64,000 nt of DNA from Candidatus Latescibacterota bacterium (GTDB lineage: Bacteria > Latescibacterota > UBA2968 > UBA8231): positions 1,824,001-1,888,000 of the forward strand of contig CBDCXV010000010.1 of NCBI GenBank assembly GCA_965223905.1, given 5' to 3'. Below the pieces are notes generated by a model. That model searched no databases and was not told where the DNA came from. It worked only from the letters and a program-made list of their open reading frames with translations. The position numbers and the translations under genes are program-made. Shown piece by piece: positions 29,844-40,175 of this stretch; the stretch's first letter is position 1; each line of letters starts with the position of its first letter.

Positions 29844-30959
29844 TCAGAATGACGCGCCCGCGTTCTCGGCCGCCAGGTCGATTTCGGCGACGAAGATGTC
29901 GGCAGGCCCGGACTTGAAGTGCGACAGCTCGTAGCCGGGCGGGGGCGCTTCTCGCCGGAGAGCACCCCACCGCTCTATGTGGGGAAGGTGCCTCTTCTCT
30001 CCCTCGATCGCGCCGCTCAGATAGGCGTGCTGCGAGTAGTAGCTGATGATCAGCCGGTCGGCCTCTAGCGAGACAAGCCCCGGATAGGCCGCGTCTCCGT
30101 CGCTCGGGAGCGCGAAGACCGGCGTCACGCCCTTCCGATCCAGCAGGAAGATCCCCGTGTTGCCCGCGGGCGAGTGCTGCGGAATCCAGAGCGCGGTCGG
30201 GTCGCGCCGCCCGGCCAAGTACACCCTCCCCTCGCACTCGCACAGCGCCGGACAGTGGATCAGCGTCTCGAGGTCCACGCACGACCACTCCTCGTAGGGG
30301 GGGTTGGAGGTGTAGAGGAGGGAATGCTGGTCGGGCTCCCGCCTCGTCCGGGAGACGCACCACAGCTCCCCGTCGGGTCGGAAGATGACGCCCGCTTCGT
30401 TGAATCGCGGCGTCGTGCGGTGGTCCAGCGCCCGGGCCTCCCGCAGTTCCTGCGGACTTGCGCCCTCGCCATTGGGAATCCTGGAGACGAACGTCCAGGT
30501 GCGGCCGTCCTGGCTGGACAGGAGCTCGCCCCCCTTTTCGGCGCAGTAGAAGACCCCTTCGTGCAACCGCACGCGCCAAAGCCAATAGTTTCGGTCGAAT
30601 ATCTGCATCGGCGCCGACCACCTGTAGCCGTCGTCCGAAACGAAGACGTAGGGGTAGACCACCTGCCGCTTCCGTCCGGCGACCGGTTCATATCTGCTGT
30701 CGGCGCAGAACACGAAGAGCTCATCGTCGGTGGCCGCCAGCTTCGCGTCCCTGGCGTCGTTGGGCGTCCTGAAGACGGCGACCTCGTCCCATCGTCTCAG
30801 GTCCGCCGATCGGAGCAGGACGATGACCCCGTCGGGCGCTACGTGTGCCGAAGTTCGATCGTAGACCAGCCAGAAGGTGTCCCGCCAGAAGCAGAGGTCG
30901 GAACACATGTTGTGCCAGCCGTCACGGACGACGGTGCGGTGAGATAGAACCTTAGCCAT
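29844..30959 (-). CDS. Sialidase/BNR-like beta-propeller protein
   Basis: HNMCSDL, DARDAKL, SDDGYRW and SQDGRTW Asp-boxes, FNEA, LPSDGDAAYPG, ISYYSQH. Confidence 0.8.
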   Translation of the reverse strand: MAKVLSHRTVVRDGWHNMCSDLCFWRDTFWLVYDRTSAHVAPDGVIVLLRSADLRRWDEVAVFRTPNDARDAKLAATDDELFVFCADSRYEPVAGRKRQVVYPYVFVSDDGYRWSAPMQIFDRNYWLWRVRLHEGVFYCAEKGGELLSSQDGRTWTFVSRIPNGEGASPQELREARALDHRTTPRFNEAGVIFRPDGELWCVSRTRREPDQHSLLYTSNPPYEEWSCVDLETLIHCPALCECEGRVYLAGRRDPTALWIPQHSPAGNTGIFLLDRKGVTPVFALPSDGDAAYPGLVSLEADRLIISYYSQHAYLSGAIEGEKRHLPHIERWGALRREAPPPGYELSHFKSGPADIFVAEIDLAAENAGASF

Positions 30960-31380
30960 GAGAGCAGGCCCTCCTGCGCATATGGGTGAACTCCAACATC
31001 TTGAGGTTCAAGTCGAGTGGTTGGCCTCCACGCCGGGTCGGGACTTTGGGGCCGCTTTCCCGGGGCGTCAGCTGGAGGCGAGATCCCGATAGCGCACCGG
31101 CGAGTGACCGACGGCCAGTTTGAGTACGGGATAGCGCGCAGGCCGGGGCTGCGAGATCGACGGCAGTTGAAGCGATATAAGAACTCTTCCGGAACTGATC
31201 AGGTGAGTCTCGCCGATGGAGCCTTGGGTCCACGGCAGCCAACCCCAACACTTGGCCAGATAACTCGATGGACGGCGAGTAGCAGTTTGTGGGATCGTCG
31301 CCACAGGGGCAGCTGCCTGGCTAGGCCAATCACCGCGGAGAGGGAGGTGGGGTAGTCCGGGTCCTCGTGTGAGCACCAAA

Positions 31381-31413
31381 GAGGGGGGCGAGAATCGGAT
31401 GATCTCGCCCCTC
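31381..31413 (-). terminator. Hairpin downstream of the 31449 gene end
   Basis: GGGGCGAGA...TCTCGCCCC stem with a short T run on the minus strand. Confidence 0.45.
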
Positions 31414-31448
31414 AGGTATTTCAGCCGTCTTACGACAGACCTGTCAAC

Positions 31449-31820
31449 TCAGTTGGTGAAGCTCGACTTGATCCGGCCCCAGCTGTCTTCCTCGACGGCC
31501 GTCTCGTCCGTCACCCAGATGCTCGGGTCGAAGCCGAGCAGGGTGTAGTCGACAAAGGCATTTTCCTGCCAGTAGACGTTGACGTCGCCACTGTTGACCC
31601 AATAGCCGCTGTAGGTGGCGCTTGTACCCTCCGGTTCGACCGCGTCGTCATCTGTGACGGAGAAGCCGACGCCGATGATCTCGCCCTCTTCCAGGATGTG
31701 ATGGACCACCTCGGCGGCGTCGGAGCCCGTGGAGTTGGCCGGCAGGTCGTCGAATGGCGTCAACCACATCTCCATGAAGAGCGTGATGGCGCCACCGTCT
31801 GTGTCACCGAGATAGACGGT
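31449..31820 (-). pseudogene. C-terminal fragment of a CBM9-like secreted protein with TAVEEDSWGRIK tag
   Basis: MEMWLTPFD...LEEGEIIGVGFSVTDDD resembles the 13061 protein; the upstream part of the ORF is unrelated. Confidence 0.65.
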
Positions 31821-32009
31821 ACGAGCGTTCGAACGCTCGCGCCAGCTGAAGCGAAAACGAAATTCGAATTGAGATACGTACATTCTGGCCAAGAACCAAA
31901 GGAAAAATCGGCCACCCTCCGGCGCCAAGACCCGGCAGGCGCTGCCTTGGCACACGGCGAGCAGGTGGCTGGTCGGCACCGCGCGCACCTTCTGCCGGCT
32001 ACAGTCGGG

Positions 32010-32110
32010 CTCGGAGACCCGACGAGATGTTGCGGAACAGAGCATTGCTCGGACCCGATCGGTCCTTGTAGATTTCGACGGTAGAGCCGTTGACGGCGAG
32101 GAGCAGACCG
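32010..32110 (-). pseudogene. Small FG-GAP/CRTAC1-like fragment
   Basis: Minus-strand LLAVNGSTVE...GPSNALFRN resembles WVNGAQ...GNALYRN in the 4088 protein. Confidence 0.35.
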
Positions 32111-32318
32111 CCGCACCGACACGGCCGACACGAAGGAGGGGGGACGAAAGGATGGACACTGGCTTGCTAAAGGCTCTGGCCGGCCCGCTCCTCGGGCTCG
32201 GGGTTGTCACCGCTGCGGTGGCGGGCCCGGAGGCGAGCGCCTGGCCGTTGCGCCCGCCGCCCCCTCACGACCGTTGCCACCGCCGCCGCCTCGCGACGTA
32301 CCACCAGCCACGCCCCCG

Positions 32319-34283
32319 ATGACGGCCCCTCCGCGGGGGGACCGACAGCACGAGCGGGATCTGCAGGGGATACCGCTGCGGGGCATCTTGATCGGGGCGG
32401 TGCTGGCCCTGGTTCTCAGCATTTGCGATACCTACGCGACGAATGCGATCCAGGGCTCCTACCTGACCCTGAACTTCAGCACCCCGGCTGCCCTCTTCTT
32501 CATCTTCTTCCTCGTCCTGGCCAGCGGCGCGGTCGGCCTCCTCCACCGATGGCTGACCCTGACCCGGGCAGAGCTGATCACGATCTACATCATGCTGGTG
32601 GTGGCCTGCTGCATCCCCGGCATGGGCTTCACCCAGTTCATGATCCCCTGCCTCCTCGGGTCGACCTACTACGCCACGCCCGAGAACGACTGGGACGGAC
32701 TCTACAACCAGTACATCCCCGAGTGGATGATCCCGCGCGGCGAGAACGTGGCGCGCTACTTCTTCGAGGGACTGCCCGAGGGAGCCTCGATCCCGTGGGG
32801 AGCCTGGGTCGTTCCTCTGGGCCTGTGGTTCGGCTTCTTCCTCGCCCTCGGTTTGGCGATGATCTGCACGATGGTCATTCTTCGCAGGCAGTGGGTCGAC
32901 AACGAAAAGCTCAGCTATGCCCTGGTGCAGGTGCCGATGGAGATGATCCAGCGGGAGGATGGCGGCGCCGTGGGTCGCTCGTTCTTCACCAACAAGACCA
33001 TGTGGTTGGGGTTTGCCTTCTCCTTCCTGCTGTTGAGCGTCAACGGGTTGCACTCCTACTACCCCGAGTTTCCCTATTTCACGCGCTGGTTCGGGCTGCC
33101 CCTGTTCGGCAACTCCTGGCTCAGCTTCTATTTCAGCCCACCGTGGACCGGGTTCTTCTATTTCGTCAACCTCGACATCCTGGCCTCGATCTGGGTCTTC
33201 TACGTCCTCCTCAGGCTGCAGAAGGGCATCTTCAACACGCTCGGCGTGCAGAGCACGCAGCGGGTCGACTTCTACTCAAGGGAAGACGCCTTCCTCGCCC
33301 ACCAGGGCTTCGGGGCGATGATCGCCTTCGTCGTCGTCGGTCTGTGGGTGGCGCGCCGGCATCTGCGCGACGTGGTGGCGAAGGCCGTCGGCGGGTTGCG
33401 GGAGGTCGATGACAGCGGCGAGATCCTCTCCTACAGGCAGGCGTTTTTCGGGCTGGTCGCGGGCCTGCTGGCCGTCGCCGTCTGGCTGTGGATGATCGGC
33501 CTGCCCTTTCCGGTGGCGGTGCTGTTCGTCTTCGGCGCCATGGTCCTGTTCCTGGGCCTGACCCGGGTGGTGGCCGAGGGCGGCATCCCGACTATGCGGC
33601 CGCCCTTGATGAGCTCGACCTTCGTCATCACGGCGGTGGGCACCGCCAACATCGGCGCCCCGGGGTTGGTGGCGCTCGGCTTCTCCTACGGCTGGCACGC
33701 CGAGGTTCGCTCCTTCGTAATGTCCTCGGTCGCCAACGGGCTGAAGATGAGCGAGATCATCCGCGGCCCGAAGCGCCGGTTGTTCTGGGCCATTGTGGTG
33801 GCCGTTCTGGTCACCCTGGCCGGCTCCTCCTACGTCACCCTGGTCATGGCCTACGAGCACGGCGGCATCAATCTCAACTCCCTGTTCTTCTCTTGGCAGT
33901 CCACCCATTTCGGACCCATGGACATGTCCCCGCGCATCGCCGCCGATCCCGAGGGCCCGCGCTGGGACGCCTGGCAGTTCATGGGCATCGGCGCGGGCGT
34001 GATGTCGGTGCTCATGTGGGCGCGCCACCAGTTCGTGTGGTGGCCCTTGAGCCCCCTCGGGTTCGCAATCGCCGCCAACTGGAAAACGGGCCACATCTTC
34101 TGCAGCGCCCTGCTGGCCTGGCTCCTGAAGCTTGGAATCCTGCGCTACGGCGGCGTGCGCCTGTATCGCAACCTGCGTCCCTTTTTCCTGGGCCTGATCC
34201 TGGGCGAAATCGTCGCCGCCGGTCTGTTCCTGATACTCGATTACTTCACCGGCCACACCGGCAGCTTTCTGACCCAGGTCTGA
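32319..34283 (+). CDS. DUF6785/DUF6784-like membrane protein, copy 2
   Basis: YYATPENDW, ILRRQW, DDSGEILSYR, WWPLSPLGF, YGGxxLYRNLRPFFLGLILG. Confidence 0.85.
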   Translation: MTAPPRGDRQHERDLQGIPLRGILIGAVLALVLSICDTYATNAIQGSYLTLNFSTPAALFFIFFLVLASGAVGLLHRWLTLTRAELITIYIMLVVACCIPGMGFTQFMIPCLLGSTYYATPENDWDGLYNQYIPEWMIPRGENVARYFFEGLPEGASIPWGAWVVPLGLWFGFFLALGLAMICTMVILRRQWVDNEKLSYALVQVPMEMIQREDGGAVGRSFFTNKTMWLGFAFSFLLLSVNGLHSYYPEFPYFTRWFGLPLFGNSWLSFYFSPPWTGFFYFVNLDILASIWVFYVLLRLQKGIFNTLGVQSTQRVDFYSREDAFLAHQGFGAMIAFVVVGLWVARRHLRDVVAKAVGGLREVDDSGEILSYRQAFFGLVAGLLAVAVWLWMIGLPFPVAVLFVFGAMVLFLGLTRVVAEGGIPTMRPPLMSSTFVITAVGTANIGAPGLVALGFSYGWHAEVRSFVMSSVANGLKMSEIIRGPKRRLFWAIVVAVLVTLAGSSYVTLVMAYEHGGINLNSLFFSWQSTHFGPMDMSPRIAADPEGPRWDAWQFMGIGAGVMSVLMWARHQFVWWPLSPLGFAIAANWKTGHIFCSALLAWLLKLGILRYGGVRLYRNLRPFFLGLILGEIVAAGLFLILDYFTGHTGSFLTQV

Positions 34284-34387
34284 GCGCCTTCCCTGTTCCG
34301 CTCAGCGACATTGGCCTATCGTTAGCCGCTCGCAGATGCCGGCACAGCTTGTCGGCTAGGTAACGCCCGAGTAAGGAAGGACTGGAA

Positions 34388-35878
34388 ATGGCCAAGAGAA
34401 AGACAGCGAAGGCGACTAAGAAGAAGAGGACGGCCAGCAAGGCCCGAGCGGGAGCAGTCCCAACGGGCGTCATCGAGCTGGGTGACCGGCGCGAGCTGTT
34501 CGTCGACGACTACCTGATCGAGAGGCTTCGCGGCGTCGAGCTGCGCCTGCAGAAGCCGGTGCCGCGGAACGTGGCGATCGAGCACGACGCGCCCTGGGAG
34601 GGCAACACCAGCGGCTACCACACCGTGTTCCAGGACGGCAACTTGTTTCGCATGTACTACCGCGGCTCGCATTACCACGACGGAGGCTACAGGCCGGTAG
34701 TCTGTTACGCCGAGAGCCGTGACGGTATCGAGTGGTACCGGCCGGAGCTGGGCCTGGTGAGTTACATGGGCTCGACGCGCAACAACATCATCTGGGACGG
34801 CCCCGCCTCGCTCAACTTCACCCCCTTTCGTGACCGCAACCCGGACTGCCGCAAGGGCGAGGAGTACAAGGCCCTGGGCAGCCCGTCCGCGGCCAATCAC
34901 GAGGAGCAGGCCCTCCTCGCCTTCAAATCGCCCGACGGCGTGCACTGGAGCCTGATATCCGACAAGCCGGTGATGGACCACACGATGGGTACCAACGTCT
35001 TCGACTCGCAGAACACGACCTTCTACGACCGGCGACGCGGCTGCTATGTCGGATTTTACCGCGACTCCATCTACCCCGACGGCGTGCGCTATCGCCAGAT
35101 CATGACGACGACCTCGAAGGACTACCGCCGCTGGACCAAGGGCCAGCTGCTCGACTACGGTGAGGCGCGCCTCGACCACCTCTACACCAACGCGGTGACA
35201 CCTTACTACCGGACTCCGCATATCTACGTCGGCTTCCCCAAGCGTCTCATGCCGGATCGCAGCGTCGTCGGCAACATGGCGATCGGCCTGTCGGACGGCG
35301 TGTTCATGAGCAGCCGCGACGGCCTGCATTTCAAGCGCTGGGACGAGGCCTTCGTGCGCCCCGGGCTTCAGCGGGAGCGCTGGGAGACCCGGAACAACAT
35401 GACGGCCTGGGGTATTCTGGAGACGAAGAATCACCTGGAGACAGCTCCCAAGGAGCTGTCCATTTTCACCAGCGAGTCGTATTACAGTAACGAAGTCGCC
35501 GGCCTGCGACGCTTCACGCTGCGCATGGACGGCTTCGTTGCCGCCAACGCGCCCCTCCGTGGGGGCGAGCTGATCACCCGGCCCTTCACCTTCTCGAGCC
35601 CGGCGAAGGCCCTGAGTCTGAACGTCAGCACCTCTGCCGCCGGCTCCGCCCGCGTCGAGATCCAGGACGCCGACGGCAAGGCACTGAAGGGGTACAGCCT
35701 CAGCGACTGCGACGAGATCTTCGGTGACTACCTGGACCACACCGTCACCTGGAACGGGGCCGGCGACGTCAGCGCTCTGATCGGTAAGCCCTTGCGCCTG
35801 CGCTTCGCACTGAGCGACGCCGACCTGTACAGCATGCAGTTCAGGCGGCTCCGAGGTAGAGATGAGTCCAAGGTGTAG
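34388..35878 (+). CDS. Five-bladed beta-propeller glycoside-hydrolase-like protein (GH32/43-like)
   Basis: RELFVDDYLI, PWEG, FRMYY, CYAESRDGIEW.RPELG, SPDGVHW, LRMDGF, ADLYSMQF. Confidence 0.75.
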   Translation: MAKRKTAKATKKKRTASKARAGAVPTGVIELGDRRELFVDDYLIERLRGVELRLQKPVPRNVAIEHDAPWEGNTSGYHTVFQDGNLFRMYYRGSHYHDGGYRPVVCYAESRDGIEWYRPELGLVSYMGSTRNNIIWDGPASLNFTPFRDRNPDCRKGEEYKALGSPSAANHEEQALLAFKSPDGVHWSLISDKPVMDHTMGTNVFDSQNTTFYDRRRGCYVGFYRDSIYPDGVRYRQIMTTTSKDYRRWTKGQLLDYGEARLDHLYTNAVTPYYRTPHIYVGFPKRLMPDRSVVGNMAIGLSDGVFMSSRDGLHFKRWDEAFVRPGLQRERWETRNNMTAWGILETKNHLETAPKELSIFTSESYYSNEVAGLRRFTLRMDGFVAANAPLRGGELITRPFTFSSPAKALSLNVSTSAAGSARVEIQDADGKALKGYSLSDCDEIFGDYLDHTVTWNGAGDVSALIGKPLRLRFALSDADLYSMQFRRLRGRDESKV

Positions 35879-37235
35879 CACGCACATCTTCGCTGACGAT
35901 GCCATGGTCGCCCACACCGACAACGTCTGGCGTTCGCTCCATCACCCCGTCAAACACCGGGACAACCCGGTACTCGTCGCCGACCAGGACTGGGAGGGCT
36001 ATGTGGTCCTGCAGCCGGGAACGGTCGTCTATGACGAGGACAACGAGCGCTTCCAGATGTGGTACAACTCCCAGCCGAGTCGAGAGAAGCCGGACGCCGG
36101 GTATAACCTCTGCTACGCGACCTCGACCGACGGCCTCCATTGGGACAAACCGGAGCTGGGCTTCGTCGAATTCGAGGGCTCGACGGCGAACAACATCCAG
36201 CTCCAGAACGTGTCGTGGACCCATTGCGTCCTCAAGGACGATGCGGACGCCGACGCCGACAGGCGGTACAAGCTGCTCTACTGGCCAGTGGATGGGTCTG
36301 GGATCTACGCGGGCTTCTCACCCGACGGTGTGCATTGGAAGTTGTGCGAGGAAAACCCGGTAGTGCCGAGACGCGCCACCGGCGACACCTGCAGCGTCAT
36401 GCGGGATCCGGTGTCAGGCCAGTATTGGCTCTATCACAAGGTTCGCACACCGTCCCGGCCGATCCGCATGGTCGCCCGGATGGTGAGCGACGACTTCGTG
36501 CACTGGGAGCAGAGCCGCCTCGTACTGGCACCGGATGCATTCGACCCGCCAGACACCCAGTTCTATGGTATGTCGGCCTTTCCCAATGCGGGCCAGTACC
36601 TGGGTCTACTGTGGGTCTACCACACCTACCCGGGGACGTTGGATGTGCAGGTCGTGTCCAGTCGAGACGGCCTGAGCTGGGATCGGACGGCGGACCGCAA
36701 GCTGTTCATGCACCTGGTGCCGACCAACGAGTACCACGGTGGAGCGTTCGATTCAGCGCAGATCTATCCGTCGACAGTGCCGGTGGAAAGAGACGGCCGA
36801 CTCTGGCTGTACTACTGCGGTCTAACAGTGCCCCACAACGCGCTGGCCGTTGATCAGGACGGCCGCATCGGTCTGGCCACTTTCCGCCTTGATGGCTTCT
36901 GCTCGCTCGATGCCACGAGTCCGGGAACTGTCCTCACGCGTCCCTTTACGTGGAACGGGAGCCAGCTGCGGCTGAACGCCGCCACCAGTGGCCCGAATCC
37001 AGAGCTCTCGACTGGCGGTGGAGTCAGAGTGCAGATCGAGGATGAACGAGGCCAGTCCATTCCCGGGTTTGCCGCTGCAGACTGCACCCCTTTCTGCGGC
37101 GACGAGACGGACGCCCTCATCGATTGGGGCGGAAGAAGCGATCTGAGTGAACTCGTGGGGCGGGTCGTACAATTACGCTTCGAGATCGAGGCTACGAACC
37201 TGTATTCCTATCGCCTCTGCGACCAGCAGACCTAA
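35862..37235 (+). CDS. Paralogous beta-propeller glycoside-hydrolase-like protein
   Basis: NPVL, CYATSTDGLHWDKPELG, SPDGVHW, SRDGLSW, RLDGF, LYSY. Confidence 0.75.
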   Translation: MSPRCSTHIFADDAMVAHTDNVWRSLHHPVKHRDNPVLVADQDWEGYVVLQPGTVVYDEDNERFQMWYNSQPSREKPDAGYNLCYATSTDGLHWDKPELGFVEFEGSTANNIQLQNVSWTHCVLKDDADADADRRYKLLYWPVDGSGIYAGFSPDGVHWKLCEENPVVPRRATGDTCSVMRDPVSGQYWLYHKVRTPSRPIRMVARMVSDDFVHWEQSRLVLAPDAFDPPDTQFYGMSAFPNAGQYLGLLWVYHTYPGTLDVQVVSSRDGLSWDRTADRKLFMHLVPTNEYHGGAFDSAQIYPSTVPVERDGRLWLYYCGLTVPHNALAVDQDGRIGLATFRLDGFCSLDATSPGTVLTRPFTWNGSQLRLNAATSGPNPELSTGGGVRVQIEDERGQSIPGFAAADCTPFCGDETDALIDWGGRSDLSELVGRVVQLRFEIEATNLYSYRLCDQQT

Positions 37236-37320
37236 GGAGCCCGTGGCCGAGGACATCCTGTCCTCCGTCCATTTGGGCTGAGACCGGCCATTGCACCACG
37301 GGCCCCTGGCGCCGACCCAC

Positions 37321-38778
37321 TCACGGAAATTGATAACCAGCGTTGTTGATGTTGAAAGGCCACAGCCTCAGCATCCTTCCGAGCCGGATTGTGCTAACTG
37401 CGCTCAGATCTATGCGCAATTCCCGTTTGAGTGATGGATCATCAAAATCCAGTCTCCTGTTCGCCAACAGATACCTCTCATCTAAAATGATGTTAGTCAG
37501 GTGGCTGGCGATCAGATAATCCCCTGGAACAGTTGGATGCAGGTGTTCGAAGAACACGGGCTTGCCCATCACAGAATCAGCATGGTGATCCTCGAACACC
37601 GCTTCGAAATCGGCTAATACGACGTCCGCTTCCTCAGCAACTCGCCTTATGGTTTCGTTGACCGCCGATGGGGCTCTGATCGGCAGGACATCCAGGTCCC
37701 TTGCTGTCCTGAAGGATCGTTCAGCCTGGTCTCGATGCCCCATGGCAAGGTAGACGTGACCCAGATCGAAATGAGTCTGGGCGTGATCCGGGAAAAGCTC
37801 GATCGCTGTCTGATAGATACGCTCCGACTCCTCCAGATGATTTCGCTCAAAGGCAGCCTTGCCGCTCTCCAGTAGCTGTTGCCATCGGGCGACATCGAGC
37901 GCATCGGGCGGTGGTTCTGAATCGAACGGGCGCCAATCTCGCAGGTTCGAAACGATCGTGCCTACGATCACGGGGATCTGATGATGGTCTGCGATGGAGA
38001 GAATTTCATGGAGATTGCCGGTAAAATTCTCGATAGCCTGCTCCCGCAACGGGTGACGAGGAGCGAGAGAGCTGTTGACCATCCTTTTGTATGGCGACCG
38101 TTCCTTTCCGGAATGTTCGACGGGAGAAGCTCTAAATGATGAGTAGAGGTTGTTTGCCAGCTGGAATATCTTGAACTCACGCAATCGCAAAACCAGGTTG
38201 ATCACATGGCGGGACGTGCCCAGCGCCACTTTCGATCCCACCCCGAGTGGTCCGTAGATTTCGTTGTGCCCCATATATATGACCAGGAGGTCCGGATCGT
38301 ATTGGGGAAGCTTTTTGGCGATGTCGAGGACCTGATAGCTGTTGAAGGTGGTTATTCCCAGGTTCACGACTTCTGCAACTTTATTCACTTCGGAGCGGAT
38401 CAATAGTTCGTTTAGTATTGCGGGGAATGGCCCTCCTGTCGTTGATCCTCCAAGGCAGAAAACGCGAAAGTCCTCGTCTGATTTCTGCTGCTTCATCCTG
38501 ATCCTGGGAATCAGGCCTTTGACCATCGGATCATCAGTCGGGTAATATTTGCGGTGCAACTCTTGATTGAGCTGGTAAGTTGCAGTGGAGCGTTGATGCC
38601 GGGTCTGGCCGGCAGGGATGAACAGCCTTTCATCGAGGCCGTACCCCGTGTGTCGCAAATAGATCTCGAGGCCTGTCAGCAGCAGAAAGGGGGTGACAAC
38701 CAGAAGGATGTCCACAAGTACTATGGTCTTTCTGGACCATCTCACGGTTTGTCCGGTTTGTGTCTGCATCATCCACAC
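37321..38778 (-). CDS. Membrane-anchored SGNH/GDSL-like hydrolase with TPR insertion
   Basis: RVFCLGGSTTG, VVNLG, YMGHNE, TPR segment, EHLHP; lower GC. Confidence 0.75.
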   Translation of the reverse strand: MWMMQTQTGQTVRWSRKTIVLVDILLVVTPFLLLTGLEIYLRHTGYGLDERLFIPAGQTRHQRSTATYQLNQELHRKYYPTDDPMVKGLIPRIRMKQQKSDEDFRVFCLGGSTTGGPFPAILNELLIRSEVNKVAEVVNLGITTFNSYQVLDIAKKLPQYDPDLLVIYMGHNEIYGPLGVGSKVALGTSRHVINLVLRLREFKIFQLANNLYSSFRASPVEHSGKERSPYKRMVNSSLAPRHPLREQAIENFTGNLHEILSIADHHQIPVIVGTIVSNLRDWRPFDSEPPPDALDVARWQQLLESGKAAFERNHLEESERIYQTAIELFPDHAQTHFDLGHVYLAMGHRDQAERSFRTARDLDVLPIRAPSAVNETIRRVAEEADVVLADFEAVFEDHHADSVMGKPVFFEHLHPTVPGDYLIASHLTNIILDERYLLANRRLDFDDPSLKRELRIDLSAVSTIRLGRMLRLWPFNINNAGYQFP

Positions 38779-38836
38779 CTTGCAGAAGAGCTACCCAAGT
38801 GCACGCCTTCGATCAACATATACGAGTGGGGATCGC

Positions 38837-38974
38837 ATGATCAAGCAAGTTTGTATAGCACTGATGGCCGGGTTGTTGACCACCTCATCGAGTCAGGCCC
38901 TGCAACGCACCGACACTGAGTTCAAGATCTTCCAGTTCCCCCATGACATGATTCCCCGCATCGACGGTAACACA
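38837..38974 (+). pseudogene. 5' fragment of a secreted CBM9-like protein truncated by IS110
   Basis: ALQRTDTEFKIFQFP is identical, and MIPRIDG shared, with the 55518 fragment. Confidence 0.75.
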
Positions 38975-40175
38975 TACTCTTAGGCGAACAAAGAGGGCTT
39001 CTCTTTCAGATATTCGGAGGTGTCCCAAAAAGACCCTCAAAGACGTGTACCCCACGTCTGTCTCTGATAGGAGAAGCCCGAGATGAAATCTACCAAGATG
39101 ACGACGGCCGTCCAACTCGATCAGGTCCTCGACCTGTGCGTCGATGTCAGCAAGAGCAAGCTCAATGTCTACTTCGAATTGGGCGACGAGGCCTTCGATG
39201 ACGAATGGCCCAATACGACCCGGCAGATCGAGAAGAAACTGCGCGCGTGTCGGCGTCTGGCAACCGAGCACGGTTTCAAAACTCTACGAGTCATCTGCGA
39301 GCCTTCCGGCGGTTACCAGCACAAGCTGTTGCACACCGCGCGACGACTTGGTCACCTCACCGCGTACGTCAGCGGAGAGGCTGTCGCCAAGTTTCGTGTC
39401 GTCGAGACCAACGACAACGGCAAGACGGATCTCAAAGATCCACACATCATGAATACGCTAGCGCGGCTCAACAAAGTCCTCCGGCACCGAGATCTGCCTG
39501 AGGAGTATCAGCTACTGCGCAAATGCGGCGTCCTTTACGATCGGGCCGACCGTGCGATCGTTGCGGTACGCGGCAGACTCTGCACCACGCGTTGCTGGAG
39601 CTGTTTTGCGACTACTCCTTCAAGAAGGACTTCCTCTACAGCATCTCGGGTCGCGCCTTGATGGACAAATACGGCTGCAACCCCTATCGCATCCTCCGCG
39701 CAGGCCGTACCCGCTTCGAGCGGGCCATGCGACGGCGAGCACCGCGTATCCGACAGCACTCGCTGGATCGGCTCTGGGAGGACGCCACCGCCTCGAGCCG
39801 TCATCAGTTTACCCCCGAATACGCCGAGCTGCTCGAGCTCGAGGTCTGCCAGCTGTGGGAGGAATTCCTGCTCCATGAGCAACGCAAGACCACCTTGGGA
39901 AAACGCTTGATGGCACTCTTGCGAGCCTTGCGAAAGAAGGAGCCGAGCGTACCCGCTCCGACGCCAGGCGTCATCAGTGCCAAGAATCTGGCTCGCCTCA
40001 TCGCTGAAATCGGACCGTTCAGCGACTTCACCAGCTGGCGCATGCTCCTGCGCTACGCCGGACTCAATATCCAGATGCGCCAGTCGGGCCAGTATCGAGG
40101 GCAAAACAGGATTTCCAAGAAGGGACGACCGCTACTGCGAAAAATTCTCGGCCAGGTTATTCTACCCCTGGTAAG
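38975..40175 (+). mobile_element. IS110-family element; transposase frameshifted (~39578) and 3'-truncated
   Basis: DEDD RuvC motifs VDVSK, CEPSG, KTDLKD; LIAEIG, YAGL...RQSG, ISKKGRPLLR; boundaries approximate. Confidence 0.85.

Noticed and set aside
30960-31380. Riboswitch or ncRNA in the long intergenic region
   Set aside because: No recognisable aptamer motif; an Rfam/Infernal scan would be needed
39570-39590. Programmed frameshift in the IS110 transposase
   Set aside because: No slippery heptamer; it looks like a small indel in an already truncated element
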